DNA of 64,000 nucleotides from an uncultured Planctomycetota bacterium (GCA_963845755.1 CAWJTV010000039.1:256001-320000); one strand, 5' to 3'. Counted from the first letter of the stretch, positions 53,531-64,000 are shown. Notes: generated from the letters alone by a model not told the origin. Numbers and translations are program-made.

Positions 53531-54910
53531 ATGATCGATGGGAGTAATCGGACTCCAGATCGTCGAGGCGGGAGGGGTGGACAGAGCACGCTCATTCTCC
53601 TGATGGCGGCATGTCTCTCGTCGGGCTGTGCGAGTTTATCCCCGTTGGTCCCGGCCGCGCCGGAGGCTCCTCGGCCACTGGCGATGGGCACGCCGGAGGA
53701 GGGGCCCGACCGAAACGATCGCGCGGTCGCCGATCGGGATGGATCGGTGATCAAGGCGTCGATGAGCGAGGCGGCGGTGTCCGAGGCTGTCCAGCCTCCG
53801 TCCGAGGCGGTCGAGGAGTCGGCTGCCGCCGCGTTTCCGGATGGGATGAGCGACGACGACGGTCCGCTCTATCGCTACGACCCGATGCGTGGAGCGGCAA
53901 CCTCGCGGGAGCCGCCACCGAACCGCAACCTGACCCTCCGCGAACTGCTCGGGCTCGGCCGTTCGGACATCGCCGACAAGCCCGACATCGTCGACGTGCC
54001 CCGATACCCGCGGCTGCACGACGACCCCCTGGCCCGGTCGCCCGTACCCAGGGCGGAGCGTGACCGCCTGTTCTTTCCGCCCCTGTCGAACCTCATCTTC
54101 GAGCACAATGACGAGCTGAGCGACGAGGGCGAAGACCTCCGTCTCGAGTCCCTCCGCCGCCGGTCGAACTACGACATCACCATGCCCGGCCCCGACACCG
54201 CCAACTTCCCCAACAGCCCGTACACGCTGCCCAAGGGCCGGATCTACATCGAGAACTCGCCCGCGTCGTTCTACGGCAAGTCGCTGGTCTCGGCGGCCCA
54301 GTATAACTGGGAATTCCTGGTCCGATACGGCCTGACCGACAACCTCGAGTTCCGGCTGTTCTCCAGCGGCTATAGTGCCACCATCGGTAAACCTCCGACG
54401 GCGGGCTTCAGCCCGCTTGCCTTCGACCTGAAGTACCACTTCTGGGACGAGAATCGCGAGAAGCACATCCCTGCCGCCGGGGCCGAGATATACATCTTGA
54501 CCCCCTTCGGTTCCCCGTACTTCAATGGCGGGACCCAGCCCTCGATCTCGCTGCTGCTCGACCACTCGCTTCCCTTCGACGTGATGCTGGAACACAACTT
54601 CGGCCTGACCGGCCTCGAGGATACCTTCGGCGGCGCCGTCTATGTGTTCAGCTACCAGTGGTCGCTCCAGCGCCAGGTTTTCAAGGATTTCGCGGTATTT
54701 ACCCACGGCTTCCTGAACTCCGCCGCTCTGCCCCGGCTGCCGATCTTCCAGCGCGACATCCACACGTTCAAACCCAGCGCGGTCGTCGTCGGGGGCGGAT
54801 TCCAGTGGAACCTGTCAAGACGCCTGGCCCTCTTCGGGAGTTACAACGCCGGACTCACCGTGTTCTCCCCGTCGATCGTCGGCCTGCTCGGGTTTGCCGT
54901 TGCTCTTTGA
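53531..54910 (+). CDS. Putative outer-membrane transporter (MetA-pathway/phenol-degradation-like barrel) with a lipoprotein-like signal
   Basis: LSSG-C lipobox-like motif; PGPDTANFPNSPYTLPKGRIYIE; LVRYGLTDNLEFRL; alternating beta-strand pattern. Start position is uncertain. Confidence 0.7.
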   Translation: MIDGSNRTPDRRGGRGGQSTLILLMAACLSSGCASLSPLVPAAPEAPRPLAMGTPEEGPDRNDRAVADRDGSVIKASMSEAAVSEAVQPPSEAVEESAAAAFPDGMSDDDGPLYRYDPMRGAATSREPPPNRNLTLRELLGLGRSDIADKPDIVDVPRYPRLHDDPLARSPVPRAERDRLFFPPLSNLIFEHNDELSDEGEDLRLESLRRRSNYDITMPGPDTANFPNSPYTLPKGRIYIENSPASFYGKSLVSAAQYNWEFLVRYGLTDNLEFRLFSSGYSATIGKPPTAGFSPLAFDLKYHFWDENREKHIPAAGAEIYILTPFGSPYFNGGTQPSISLLLDHSLPFDVMLEHNFGLTGLEDTFGGAVYVFSYQWSLQRQVFKDFAVFTHGFLNSAALPRLPIFQRDIHTFKPSAVVVGGGFQWNLSRRLALFGSYNAGLTVFSPSIVGLLGFAVAL

Positions 54911-54973
54911 GCGGTCGAACGAGGTAAGATGTTTTCCGCAGACCGTGCCGTCCCCGCTCCTGGAAAGTGCTGA

Positions 54974-56233
54974 ATGTCCGCCACCAGTCACCCGCCCGAT
55001 CCGACCGACGATTCGACATCGCTGCTATCCCGCCGGCCGTATGCGCTGTTCCTGGCCGGTCGGTTCCTGGGCACACTGGCCACCGGCTCTCAGTCGGTCG
55101 TCATCGCATGGGAGGTCTACGAGCTCGCTCGAGAGACTATGTCCCTCGCGGAGGCCGCTTTCGCCGTCGGGATGATCGGCCTGGCCCAGTTCCTGCCGCT
55201 GTTCGCCCTCACGCTCGTCGCCGGTGAGACGGCCGACCGGCACGACCGCCGCCGCATCCTCACGCTCTGCTACGTGGCCCAGGTCCTGATCTCGGTGGGG
55301 CTCGCATTCCGGTCGGCACTCGGGGGCGGGCTGTGGCCGATCTTCGTCGTGGCCGCCCTGTTCGGCTGTGCGCGGTCGTTCTTCCAGCCGACGGCGAGCG
55401 CCCTGGGCCCCATGCTGGTGCCGCTCCGATTACTGCCCCGGGCGATCGCGACCAATTCGCTGGCCGCCCAACTGGCGAGCATCCTCGGCCCCGCGCTCGG
55501 CGGGCTGCTCTGCGTGGTGTCGCCGGTCCTCGGCTACGCGGTCAGCGCCGGGCTATACGCGGCGGCCGCGTCCTGCGCCCTCTTGATTCGGGCCGACACC
55601 CGGCCTCCGATCGAGGCGGCCCGGTCGCGGGTCGCCCAGATCCGGGAAGGGCTCGTGTACCTGTGGGGGAACCAGCTCGTGCTCGGGGCCATCTCGCTGG
55701 ACCTATTCGCCGTCCTGCTCGGCGGCGCGACCGGCTTGCTCCCGGTGTTCGCCCGGGACGTGCTCGCGGTCGGTCCGCAGGGGTTCGGCATCCTCCGCGC
55801 GTCACCGGCGGTCGGCGCCGTCTTGATGGCCACGTATCTGGCCCACCGGCCGATCCGCACACGCGCGGGCATGAAGATGCTCCTGGCCGTTGGCCTGTTT
55901 GGGCTGATGACTGTGGTGTTCGCCTTCTCCCGATGGCTTCCGCTGTCGGTGTTCGCCCTGGCGGTGCTCGGCGGGGCGGACATGGTGTCGGTGTTCACAC
56001 GGCAGAGCCTGGTGCAGATCGCCACTCCAGACCGGATGCGCGGTCGTGTGTCGGCGGTGGCGACGCTGTTCATCGGGGCGTCGAACGAGTTGGGGGAATT
56101 CGAGAGCGGAGTCACGGCCCGGGTCCTGGGGCCCGTCGGCGCGGTGGCGTTCGGCGGGGTCGGGGCGACGGCCGTGACGGCGGTCTGGGGCTGGCTGTTC
56201 CCCCGGCTGCGGACGGCCGATCGGCTGGTTTGA
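54974..56233 (+). CDS. MFS transporter (EntS/DUF894-like)
   Basis: About 12 TM helices; GETADRHDRR, ISLDLFAVLLGG, TPDRMRGRV, SNELGEFESG. Confidence 0.92.
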   Translation: MSATSHPPDPTDDSTSLLSRRPYALFLAGRFLGTLATGSQSVVIAWEVYELARETMSLAEAAFAVGMIGLAQFLPLFALTLVAGETADRHDRRRILTLCYVAQVLISVGLAFRSALGGGLWPIFVVAALFGCARSFFQPTASALGPMLVPLRLLPRAIATNSLAAQLASILGPALGGLLCVVSPVLGYAVSAGLYAAAASCALLIRADTRPPIEAARSRVAQIREGLVYLWGNQLVLGAISLDLFAVLLGGATGLLPVFARDVLAVGPQGFGILRASPAVGAVLMATYLAHRPIRTRAGMKMLLAVGLFGLMTVVFAFSRWLPLSVFALAVLGGADMVSVFTRQSLVQIATPDRMRGRVSAVATLFIGASNELGEFESGVTARVLGPVGAVAFGGVGATAVTAVWGWLFPRLRTADRLV

Positions 56234-56443
56234 GAACGGATTCCCACGTCCTTCTCTGCGACTAATCCTAAAAGAAATATTTATTTTAACATTTTAAAAT
56301 AATAATATATTATGTATTGGCGTTCCGAGGGGGAACCTTGGGAAAAACCGAACCAGGGAAGACACCGAAAGGCACGTCCGTTTTTCGTGCCCCTGTTCAC
56401 CTTCCCGGAGTCTCCCAACGATCGGGGTATGACCGTGCGGTGC

Positions 56444-57830
56444 TCAGCGTCGCCGCCGCGCCTGGTCGCGCAGGATGTTCTTCTGATTCTGCTTCACCAG
56501 GATCTCGAAGAGGTCGTCCCTCTCGCCGGGGCGGGTCAGGTCCTGGCCCGTCTTCACCACCCCGATGTAGGCCACGCACATCTCGTCGGTCACGTCGGGG
56601 CCATGCTTGACGAGTTGGGGCGGTCGGTGGGGGTTGGCGCGTGCGGCGAGTTGTCGTAGTGGGCCACGATCTTGACGACCGACCCCTTCGGCAGGCGGAT
56701 CGGCTGCTCGAAGGAGTAGGTGTTCTGCCAGGAGGGGTCCCAGTCGGCGATGTGGAGGAGGTCCTGGTTGCGACCGTTCGGGTACGTGACCGACATGCGG
56801 AACTCGCGCCGAGCTGGTGCATGTGAGGGGCGAGTGCGATCGCCTCGAGGTTGACGGGGACGAACCAGGTCGCGCGGACCTCGACGTTCGCGTTGCCGGG
56901 CGCGAGCTTGAAGGTGGAATTCGACACGTTCGCCCACTCGAGCATCCGCTTGACCGGCTTGCGGGCGAAGTGAAGCCCCAATCGCGTGCGGTTGACCTCG
57001 GGCTTCCCGTTGGGGTGGTAGTGGACCTGGAGGATCACGTCGGCCCGGCGGGGCAAGGAGCGGCCGATGCCGTCGGGGAGGTGCATGGCCTCGTTCCCCG
57101 CGGCCCAGCCGCCCAGGTCGCCGGCGATCTCGATGCCGGGCCCCGAGTACGAGATGTAGCCCGGCCCCGGCTCGGCCGTGTCGCGATGCCGGCCGTACGC
57201 GTGGGTGTTGACGAACGCCATCATATGGTGCACCACGCGGCGGTTCCCCGGCCGGTACTCGACCGCCGAGATCGACACGTCGCGCGGGAGGTCCGTGGGG
57301 ATCACGAAGCACCGGTAGATGTCCGGGCCCGAGGCGGGGACCCGGAAATCCTCCGCCATCTCGAGCACGAGGTCCGGCGGGCCCAGCGCCCATCCCTCGG
57401 GGAACCGGGCCGGGGCCGGCATATGCGCCGGCTCGCCCCGCGGGGCGCCCGCATCGGCCCACGCCTCGAGTACGGCGATCTCCTTCGCCGTCAACGAGCG
57501 GTCGTGCTTGAGCTTGGGCCCTACCCCGGCTGTGGGCTTCCAGGGGGGCATCGAGAGGTCTGCGGCCACCGCGGCGATGTCCGAAGCGCGCTTCCGAGCC
57601 TGCTCATATGTCTCCAACGCAAACGGCCCGATCTGGTCGCGGCGGTGACAGCCCTGGCATCTCTGCTGGAGGATCGGTGCCACGTCCTTGGTGAATGTCG
57701 GCGCCCCGACCACTCGAGTCGGTTCTTTGCCCTGACTCACGGGGGTGCCCAGCCAAAGGATCCCTGCTGCGAACCCAATACCTGCAAACCCGGTCCGTCT
57801 TACGGCCGCCCCGATGTGTCGAAACCTCAT
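56444..57830 (-). CDS. Secreted cytochrome c / copper type II ascorbate-dependent monooxygenase-like protein; frameshifts near 56805 and 56640
   Basis: CQGCH haem motif, VVHHM, APHMH, DWDPSWQ, DEMC. Confidence 0.82.
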
Positions 57831-58477
57831 TCAGATGGGCCCCCGGCAAGGTGCGGAGAAGTTGCGTCGGACGCGTAGACGACGCAGCCCCTCGGCGGCA
57901 TACCGCCCTCCAACCCCGGCTCGTCGGGTCGGAACTGGGCGCGGCGGCGCGGGCGGATCGTCTCAGCTAAGCTTCGAGTACAAGAAGAGATATCGAATCC
58001 AAATTCCGTGAGCGATCGATCCCTCGGTTCCTTCGCTCCACGCCGTCGAATTCGATAGCGGACGGGCGAACGGACACGGTGGTCAGTAGAGATTAGGTTG
58101 GGAAGGACAGGAGAAGCCCCATGCTAGCATCCCCATCCCAGAGAATCAAATGAATAATCCGTTTTTTTCGCGACCGGCCGAGCTGGCTAGAGAGTCGCCC
58201 TTGGGCGGCTCGTCCGGCCGACAGAGGAGTTCGGGAGCCAATTTTGTGCCGAGGCCATCGCCGGTACTAGCAATATGTATAATAGTATTTACAGATAAAA
58301 ATAATTATTTATGAAATTCTCCGCCTGGCAGAAATGGTTAACACTGGCCCGAGTTCGGGAGGGGATGGAGGGCGTGCTCTTGAGGGCATCTCGGCGCGTC
58401 TTTTGCATTTCCTCGCAGACGGCACGTGAGCGGGCCGATGGTTTCCAATTCGAGCAATGTTCAAGGAGATCTCGATC

Positions 58478-58702
58478 ATGTCGGACAAATCCTGGGGACT
58501 CTGCAAGGACTGCAAATGGTGGCAGATCGAGCCGGATGCCGCGGTGAATAACCTGACACTAGGACTCTGCATCGACGAAAAGCTCCAACCCTACGTCTTG
58601 CGGGTTTCGGGGATCAGCGGCTGCAATCGGTTCCAACCCGGCAAACCGGCCAGGGCCGAAGGGTCGGCGGAGGCGCCGCCGCGTGCGAAGCCGACGCGTT
58701 AG
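58478..58702 (+). CDS. Small four-cysteine protein (CxxC-x18-C-x17-C)
   Basis: AAGGAG RBS, protein-like composition, AT-rich upstream region. Confidence 0.7.
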   Translation: MSDKSWGLCKDCKWWQIEPDAAVNNLTLGLCIDEKLQPYVLRVSGISGCNRFQPGKPARAEGSAEAPPRAKPTR

Positions 58703-58759
58703 CCGCCATTTCTCACTTCGGAGACCGCGAAACCGACGGGGAAACGGATCGGACCGATT

Positions 58760-58906
58760 CACCACAGAGTCACAGAGCACACAGAGAAGGTCCAGATGCG
58801 TCGTGACGTGAGAGAACGGCCAATCGCCCGCTTCCGGCGGATCGGACCGAAACCCAGAATGATTTCTTATTTCTGTATTCTCCGTGTTCTCTGTGGCTCT
58901 GTGGTG
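58760..58906. repeat. 9-bp periodic inverted-array hairpin (CACAGAG-NN)n / (NN-CTCTGTG)n between convergent genes
   Basis: CACCACAGAGTCACAGAGCACACAGAG ... CTCCGTGTTCTCTGTGGCTCTGTGGTG. Confidence 0.8.
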
Positions 58907-60808
58907 CGAAAGCCGGGTTCGTGATTTTTTCTCCGCCAGACCTCGACGTGGCCGAATCGAGCCTCGGGCACGTAGTCGCGTCGGATGATCCCGATCACAT
59001 TTTCGAGCTTCATGGCCGGGATAACGTCGCGCTGGCGTGGTTCCCAGACCACAACCGAATCCGCGGTCGCTTCGAGCTGTCTGGCGAATTCGGGGTCGAG
59101 ATCGAGATTGACCCATTGCAACCAGCAGATCCCCGATTCGGCAAGGAAGGGGGAGAGGCGGCCTGTCGGACCATTGAGCGACTCCATCGGGTACCGGTTC
59201 AAGACGTTGGCAACGAAGGTTTCGGGTTGGGTGGAATCGCGGAGATAGCCCAACACCAGACAGTAGGTCTCCCAGGGCGAGAGAGGGTGTGATGCGCCCT
59301 GGAAAGCCTGGAAGCAGCCGGGCGGGGGGTTCGCCGGCATCTTACCGAGGACCAGGGACCGCACCGCCTGGGCGCTGCGATCCAGGTGGCACATCCACGG
59401 TCTCTGGGGCACGACCTCGTAGGCCAGCAAGGCGACGGCAACGACGTGCACCGGCCTGCGCCAACCCACGCAAGGAAATCAACAGGTAGGCGGGGAAAGC
59501 CCAGGTGATCGAGCCAACCACGAAGAGCGGGTGAATGAGATACGTGTGCGGGACCGGGTGAATCGGCCGATAGACGAGTGCCGCGACCCACGCCAACAGC
59601 CAGGTGCGCGCGGTCCCCGTCAACCGCGACGTGCGGCTCAGCGCGAAGATCAGGGTGGTGGCGAGCGGGACATCCGTTCGCCAGTCCGAGCCTTGTTCGA
59701 GGAACATCCTCATCGCACCGGCCGGCGTAACCCGGCTGTAAGGCCCGCCGTAGGCGACCACGCGTAATCCACGAATCCAATCGTCAGTGATCCCCGAGAA
59801 AATCACCGGTGTAAATGCTACCAACGAGAAGAGGCCGGCCCACCCGGCCCACTCGATGACGGTCCATGCTCTTGCCGACCGGCTCGTCCCCGGGGCCGGC
59901 CCGGGTTCGGCGATCGCCGAGGCCAGTGCGGGGAGGAACAGCACGGCATTCGGCCGGATCGCGAACGCCATCGCGGTCGTGAGGGCCGATGCCATCCGGG
60001 ACCAACGACCGGGCCAGGATTGGGACACCATCAGGCCCAGGGCCACCAGGAACGCCACGTGCCAATCGCGCTCGCCGGTGGTCTCGAACGGCTGGCTCAG
60101 GTAGAACTTCAAGAAGGCCAGATAGCCGATCAGCCCCGGCACGGCACCGTCGAGCCTCCGACGGCTCCAGCAGACCAGCACGATCCCCAGGAGCACGACG
60201 CAGCCCGCGTCGAACGCATAGAAGGGTGTGGTCCGACCCCAGCCGAAGATCTTGCCCAGCATCCAGAAGATGTAAGTCTCGCCCGGGAAGTTGTAGGCCC
60301 TGATGTCGCGGTAGGGGAGAATCCCCCGATCCCACGACATGGCGAGCACGGCGAAGGTGTCCTCGTCGCGGCTCCAGGGCCAGGTCAGGTAGTGGGGAAC
60401 CCAGGCCGCCAGGAAGACGCCGCACGTGACCCCCAAGGCCATCGACAACCCTCGGTCCCAGGCGAATTCGGCGAGCGCGTTCATCCCTGTCAGGCCCCGC
60501 CCGGCGCGTCTCCGAAGGTCCCAGGGTCCGATGTTCGATGTGGCGAGTTGCCTGGTGAGGAAGTAGGCCGCGACGAGGGCCGATGCCATGGCTTCGACCC
60601 AACACGCGCGGAGGGGAGCGGGCGTCAACCTCCAGAGCAACCTCGACAGATCCGGGAGGATTAGCAGGACGAAGAGAGCGGCCGTACCCAGGAAGGCGAC
60701 CGGGAGGACCCTTCTCAATCGCGGTCCGGACGTGAGCGGCATGAGCGGCCACCGATGACTTGTCGATCCGACGGCCTCGTGCACCGGGACGCATCCCGCG
60801 AGGGCCAT
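58867..60808 (-). CDS. Polytopic membrane protein, GT-C (ArnT/PMT-like) glycosyltransferase-like; frameshift near 59460
   Basis: SRDEDTF..GILPYRD..NFPG luminal loop, many TM helices, GERDW, IRP. The start may be 60742. Confidence 0.65.
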
Positions 60809-60975
60809 GAACGCGAGCCGTCAACCCTTTCAGCCGATCCGAAGACAAGCGTTTCGACGCGTCTCGTCCCTCGATTCTTTCACGGGGCCTCCGGGTGTGT
60901 CAACCGGAGCGAGATCCACGACGTTCGGCCATTTCGACCCACCCGACAACAGGCCTCTCGTAGACCCCCTGAGCC

Positions 60976-61683
60976 TCATTGGAGACGGGCCGTTTCGGGG
61001 GCATTGGCGAGCCAGTGCGACATCAGCATCACGAGGTGGGTGCCGCACGCGAGAATCTCGCCCGGTTCGGGGTTATCCGGAGAGGGTCCGTCGTACCTCG
61101 GAATGTGGATGAAACCGCGACAGGCCACGCGGTCGCCGAGCTCGTGCATGGCGCGGTAGAAGACGTAGTTGCAGACGTACACGCCCGCGTCGCGCCAGGC
61201 CATGACGTCCGTGACCCGCCCTTGGCCGCGAGCGGACAAATACTCGCGGCGACTCTTCAACCCTTCGTAGAACCAGGGCAGGGGGAGGGTCGTCTCATGG
61301 ATTCCGGGTCCTCCCTCGACGACCTGCTGCGCCGGCAGCGGCGGGGGTAGCTCGCCGATCGCGTCGGGAGAGGGCACGGCCAGGTTCCGCGCGACCAGCT
61401 CGAGGCGGACGAACGGATGGGGGGCCGCGCCGAGCATGAGGAGGGCGTCGGGCGCCCGCTCTTCCACGGCGTCGCGGATCGAGGGCCAGGCGTACCGCCA
61501 GGTCGTATCGAGCCGAAGGCCGACGACCCGGACCCCGGCGATCTCCTTCCCGTGGACGAGGTTCGCCACGTCGTCCGTGGGATTGTTGAAGCAGTCCTCG
61601 AACGGCCCGAACCCGGTCACGAGCAGGGTCTGCAGACGCCCCGCCCGCCCAGGACCGTCGGACGATGTCACCTCGTCATCCAT
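60976..61683 (-). CDS. Pyroglutamyl-peptidase I (C15) family cysteine peptidase
   Basis: LLVTGFGPF..NP, LELVARN (Glu), DAGVYVCN (Cys), GFIHIP (His); the ATG overlaps the upstream gene's last codons. Confidence 0.88.
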   Translation of the reverse strand: MDDEVTSSDGPGRAGRLQTLLVTGFGPFEDCFNNPTDDVANLVHGKEIAGVRVVGLRLDTTWRYAWPSIRDAVEERAPDALLMLGAAPHPFVRLELVARNLAVPSPDAIGELPPPLPAQQVVEGGPGIHETTLPLPWFYEGLKSRREYLSARGQGRVTDVMAWRDAGVYVCNYVFYRAMHELGDRVACRGFIHIPRYDGPSPDNPEPGEILACGTHLVMLMSHWLANAPETARLQ

Positions 61684-63969
61684 GGTTCGGTGTCCCCTCA
61701 CGCTTCGGCTGGCTGTAGACGGAGGTAAAATAGTGCCGCTTCCGAGCCTGGATCTGACGCTCGAACCAGGCCGTCATCGCGGCCTCGCTCGCCACGTCCT
61801 CCGGTTTGTAGATCGCCAGGATGGTCCCCTTGATATCCGCGGCGACCTTCTCGGAGGTGGCGAGGTCGCACAGGATCAGTGTCCCCTGGGGGTCCTTCGC
61901 GATCATCAGGCCGAGCTCGATCATGACATTGGGGTTGTAGCCCGAAACGTCGGCGATGAACCGGCGGCTGGTGGTGACGTGGTCGCGGACGTTCTTGAAC
62001 AGGTTCTCGTCGAGGATGTTCTCGTCGGCCCGGACCACCTCCCAGGAGTACGGATCCCGGCCAAGGATCGACTCGATCGCCTTGTAGACGGTGTCGAACG
62101 GCGCACGAAACGGGAGTGCAACAAAGCACTTGGCACGGCCTCTGGTCGATGGGGGCGGTGCCGACTTCGGCCTACGTTCGATCCCTTCGTAGAGGAAATC
62201 GATCAGGTTCCCGATCAGAGGCTCGGCGATTTTCGTGACGGCCCGGGGGAACGGCGACCCGATGATCGCGATGTGCAAGAGCGTCTCGGCTGCCGTGGTC
62301 AAGGTATCGTTCGTGAGATCGTCGGCCCGGGCGGCGAGATGCTCGATCACGGGATGGGCGATGTTGATCAGGAGAGCGTCGGCACTGATGCTGGGCTCGT
62401 TGTTCTCGTCGTCGTCCCGCCCGTCCAGCCCGAGAGCCGGCGCCGACTCCTTGATCAACAGTGCCGCCGGAGGGCCCTCGACGCCCAGCGTGGTCGACGG
62501 GAGAATGCGGAGGTTGCTCTGACTCTTGAGCGCCCGGCCGAGTCGGTTGATGAGCCGGCGGAATGGGTCTGGGATTGGGGGGACGGGCAGCGGATTCTGG
62601 GATTCGTCCTCGGTGACCGGGTTGATGATCGTGACTTGGTCGTCGGCTGCCAACTGCTCGAGCAGGGCCTTCTCCTCGACCCCCTCGCCGACCACGATCA
62701 GCTTATCGAGTCCGCTGGTCTGGCCCATCTGGTACTGACGGGACGACGTAGATGACCCGTTTCCCCGCCGGGTCGTCGCTGGAGTCCGCAAGCCGGATGA
62801 TGTCCGGCCAGGCGTGCTGGCCCGCGGTGGTCTCGAAGCGGTAGTGATCGCGAAAGAGCTGGCGGAGTCGTGGAGAATACTTGGCGTGGACGAGCAGGAG
62901 CGTACGGTGGGTCCGCAAGATCTCCTCCATCAGCCTCGGCTTCTCGCGGCCGACTGTCTCGAGGAAGTCGACGACGTGCCCCTCGGCTTGCTTGCGGATC
63001 TCTTGATAGGCCGCGTCGCGCCGAACCGCTCGCGGTTGATCTGGAGGAGGAAGTGGGGGCTGTCGACCAGGGAGACGATCAAGGACAGGTTCTCGGGAAG
63101 GAAGTCCGGGCGCTGGCAGTCGAGGAAGACTCCCTTGGAGAAGAACGCGATCTTCTGGTTGTAGACATCCTTCAGCTCCTGCCGGGGGATTCCGAGGATC
63201 AGCCGCGTCCGCTTCTCGTCGGGGCCGTCCTTGGGGGCGTCGTCGAGAAGGACGGTGTAGGCCGCGAGTGTGTCCTGGGACTGTGAATTTCTTGAGGAGC
63301 TCCCGCGCCGTCGGGTCGAAGAGCAGCCGCCCTTCTCCCTCCGATTGGGATAGGGCGGCGAGCCAGCGGTGGTGGACATTGACCGCCGGGGCATTGACGC
63401 CGACCGAGATGGGCACCGACAGGAGGGCGAAGTTCTTGCTAATGTATTCGCGGAGCACGGCGTTCTGCGCCGAGGGTCATCGCGGCGTCATCGTCCGGGT
63501 CGAGGTGGAGGACGGCGAGCGTGCCGACCTCGGTGCGGGGGCACCTCGAGAGGTGGTAGGTCGTCGCGTCGCGGTGCCACACGATCCTCCAGCCTTGCTC
63601 ATCCGATGCGGAACGAGTCTCGACGATGATCTTCTTGGCGATCATGAAGGCGCTGAGGACACCGACCCCGAACTGGCCGATGGTCTCCGCTTCTGCGGCG
63701 GGGTTGGGGACGTGGCCGCCGATCTGGGTGAATCCGTTGACGATCACCGATTCGTCCATTCCGCAGCCGTTATCGAGGAAACTGATGGTCTGGCCGTCGG
63801 ACCAGACCGAGATCCGCGGCTCGGTCACGCCCCGGGTGGCGTCGCGCGCGTTGGATACGAACTCGCGGATCGGCGTCTCGGGATCGTCGCTGACGTGCCT
63901 GCGGAAGAGGTAGAGGATCTGCTCGACGTTCGGGATGACTTCCCTCACAGAGGTCCCTGGTTCACCCAA
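61676..63969 (-). CDS. Divergent Hsp90/HtpG-like GHKL ATPase fused to a C-terminal nucleoside deoxyribosyltransferase/TIR-like domain; about 4 frameshifts (near 63460, 63280, 63022, 62742)
   Basis: AAGGAGG RBS plus TTG; IREFVSNARDA, DNGCGM, GQFGVG, LPENL..VDSP..INRE, LLINIAHPVI; then CFVALPF..VRADE..IADVSGYNPNVMIELG. Confidence 0.8.
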
Positions 63970-64000
63970 TCCTCACCTCCTTCGTTATGGGGGCTTCGTC

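Overview
GC-rich bacterial DNA, most likely a planctomycete of the Isosphaeraceae type. The evidence is an ECF sigma/Ser-Thr kinase pair, DUF1570 and DUF1080 proteins, an 'LEDRTLL' extracellular protein, a PEP-CTERM protein, and BlaI/M56 fusions. About 35 genes are present: signalling (ECF+STK, BlaI/BlaR1-like), sugar use (ABC permeases, GH78 rhamnosidase, iolD/iolE-like cluster), a roughly 7.5 kb repeat-rich surface protein, and several orphan or conflict-type genes. More than 20 single-base frameshifts split otherwise intact genes; these are most probably uncorrected long-read indels, so many CDS calls are reconstructed across frames. Mobile and repeat DNA is rich: two identical 1231-bp IS1-family copies with 8-bp target duplications, each inserted into a periodic-repeat hairpin element; a truncated IS701-like transposase carrying a MITE; REP-carrying MITEs; and four families of 7- or 9-bp periodic hairpins. 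The best candidates for undescribed systems are (1) an Hsp90-like ATPase fused to an NDT/TIR-like domain and translationally coupled to a pyroglutamyl peptidase, (2) a TAG-bounded tandem hairpin element that is hit by the IS1, and (3) a protease-less BlaR1 ectodomain cassette flanked by ~60-bp direct repeats. No rRNA, tRNA or CRISPR array was seen.
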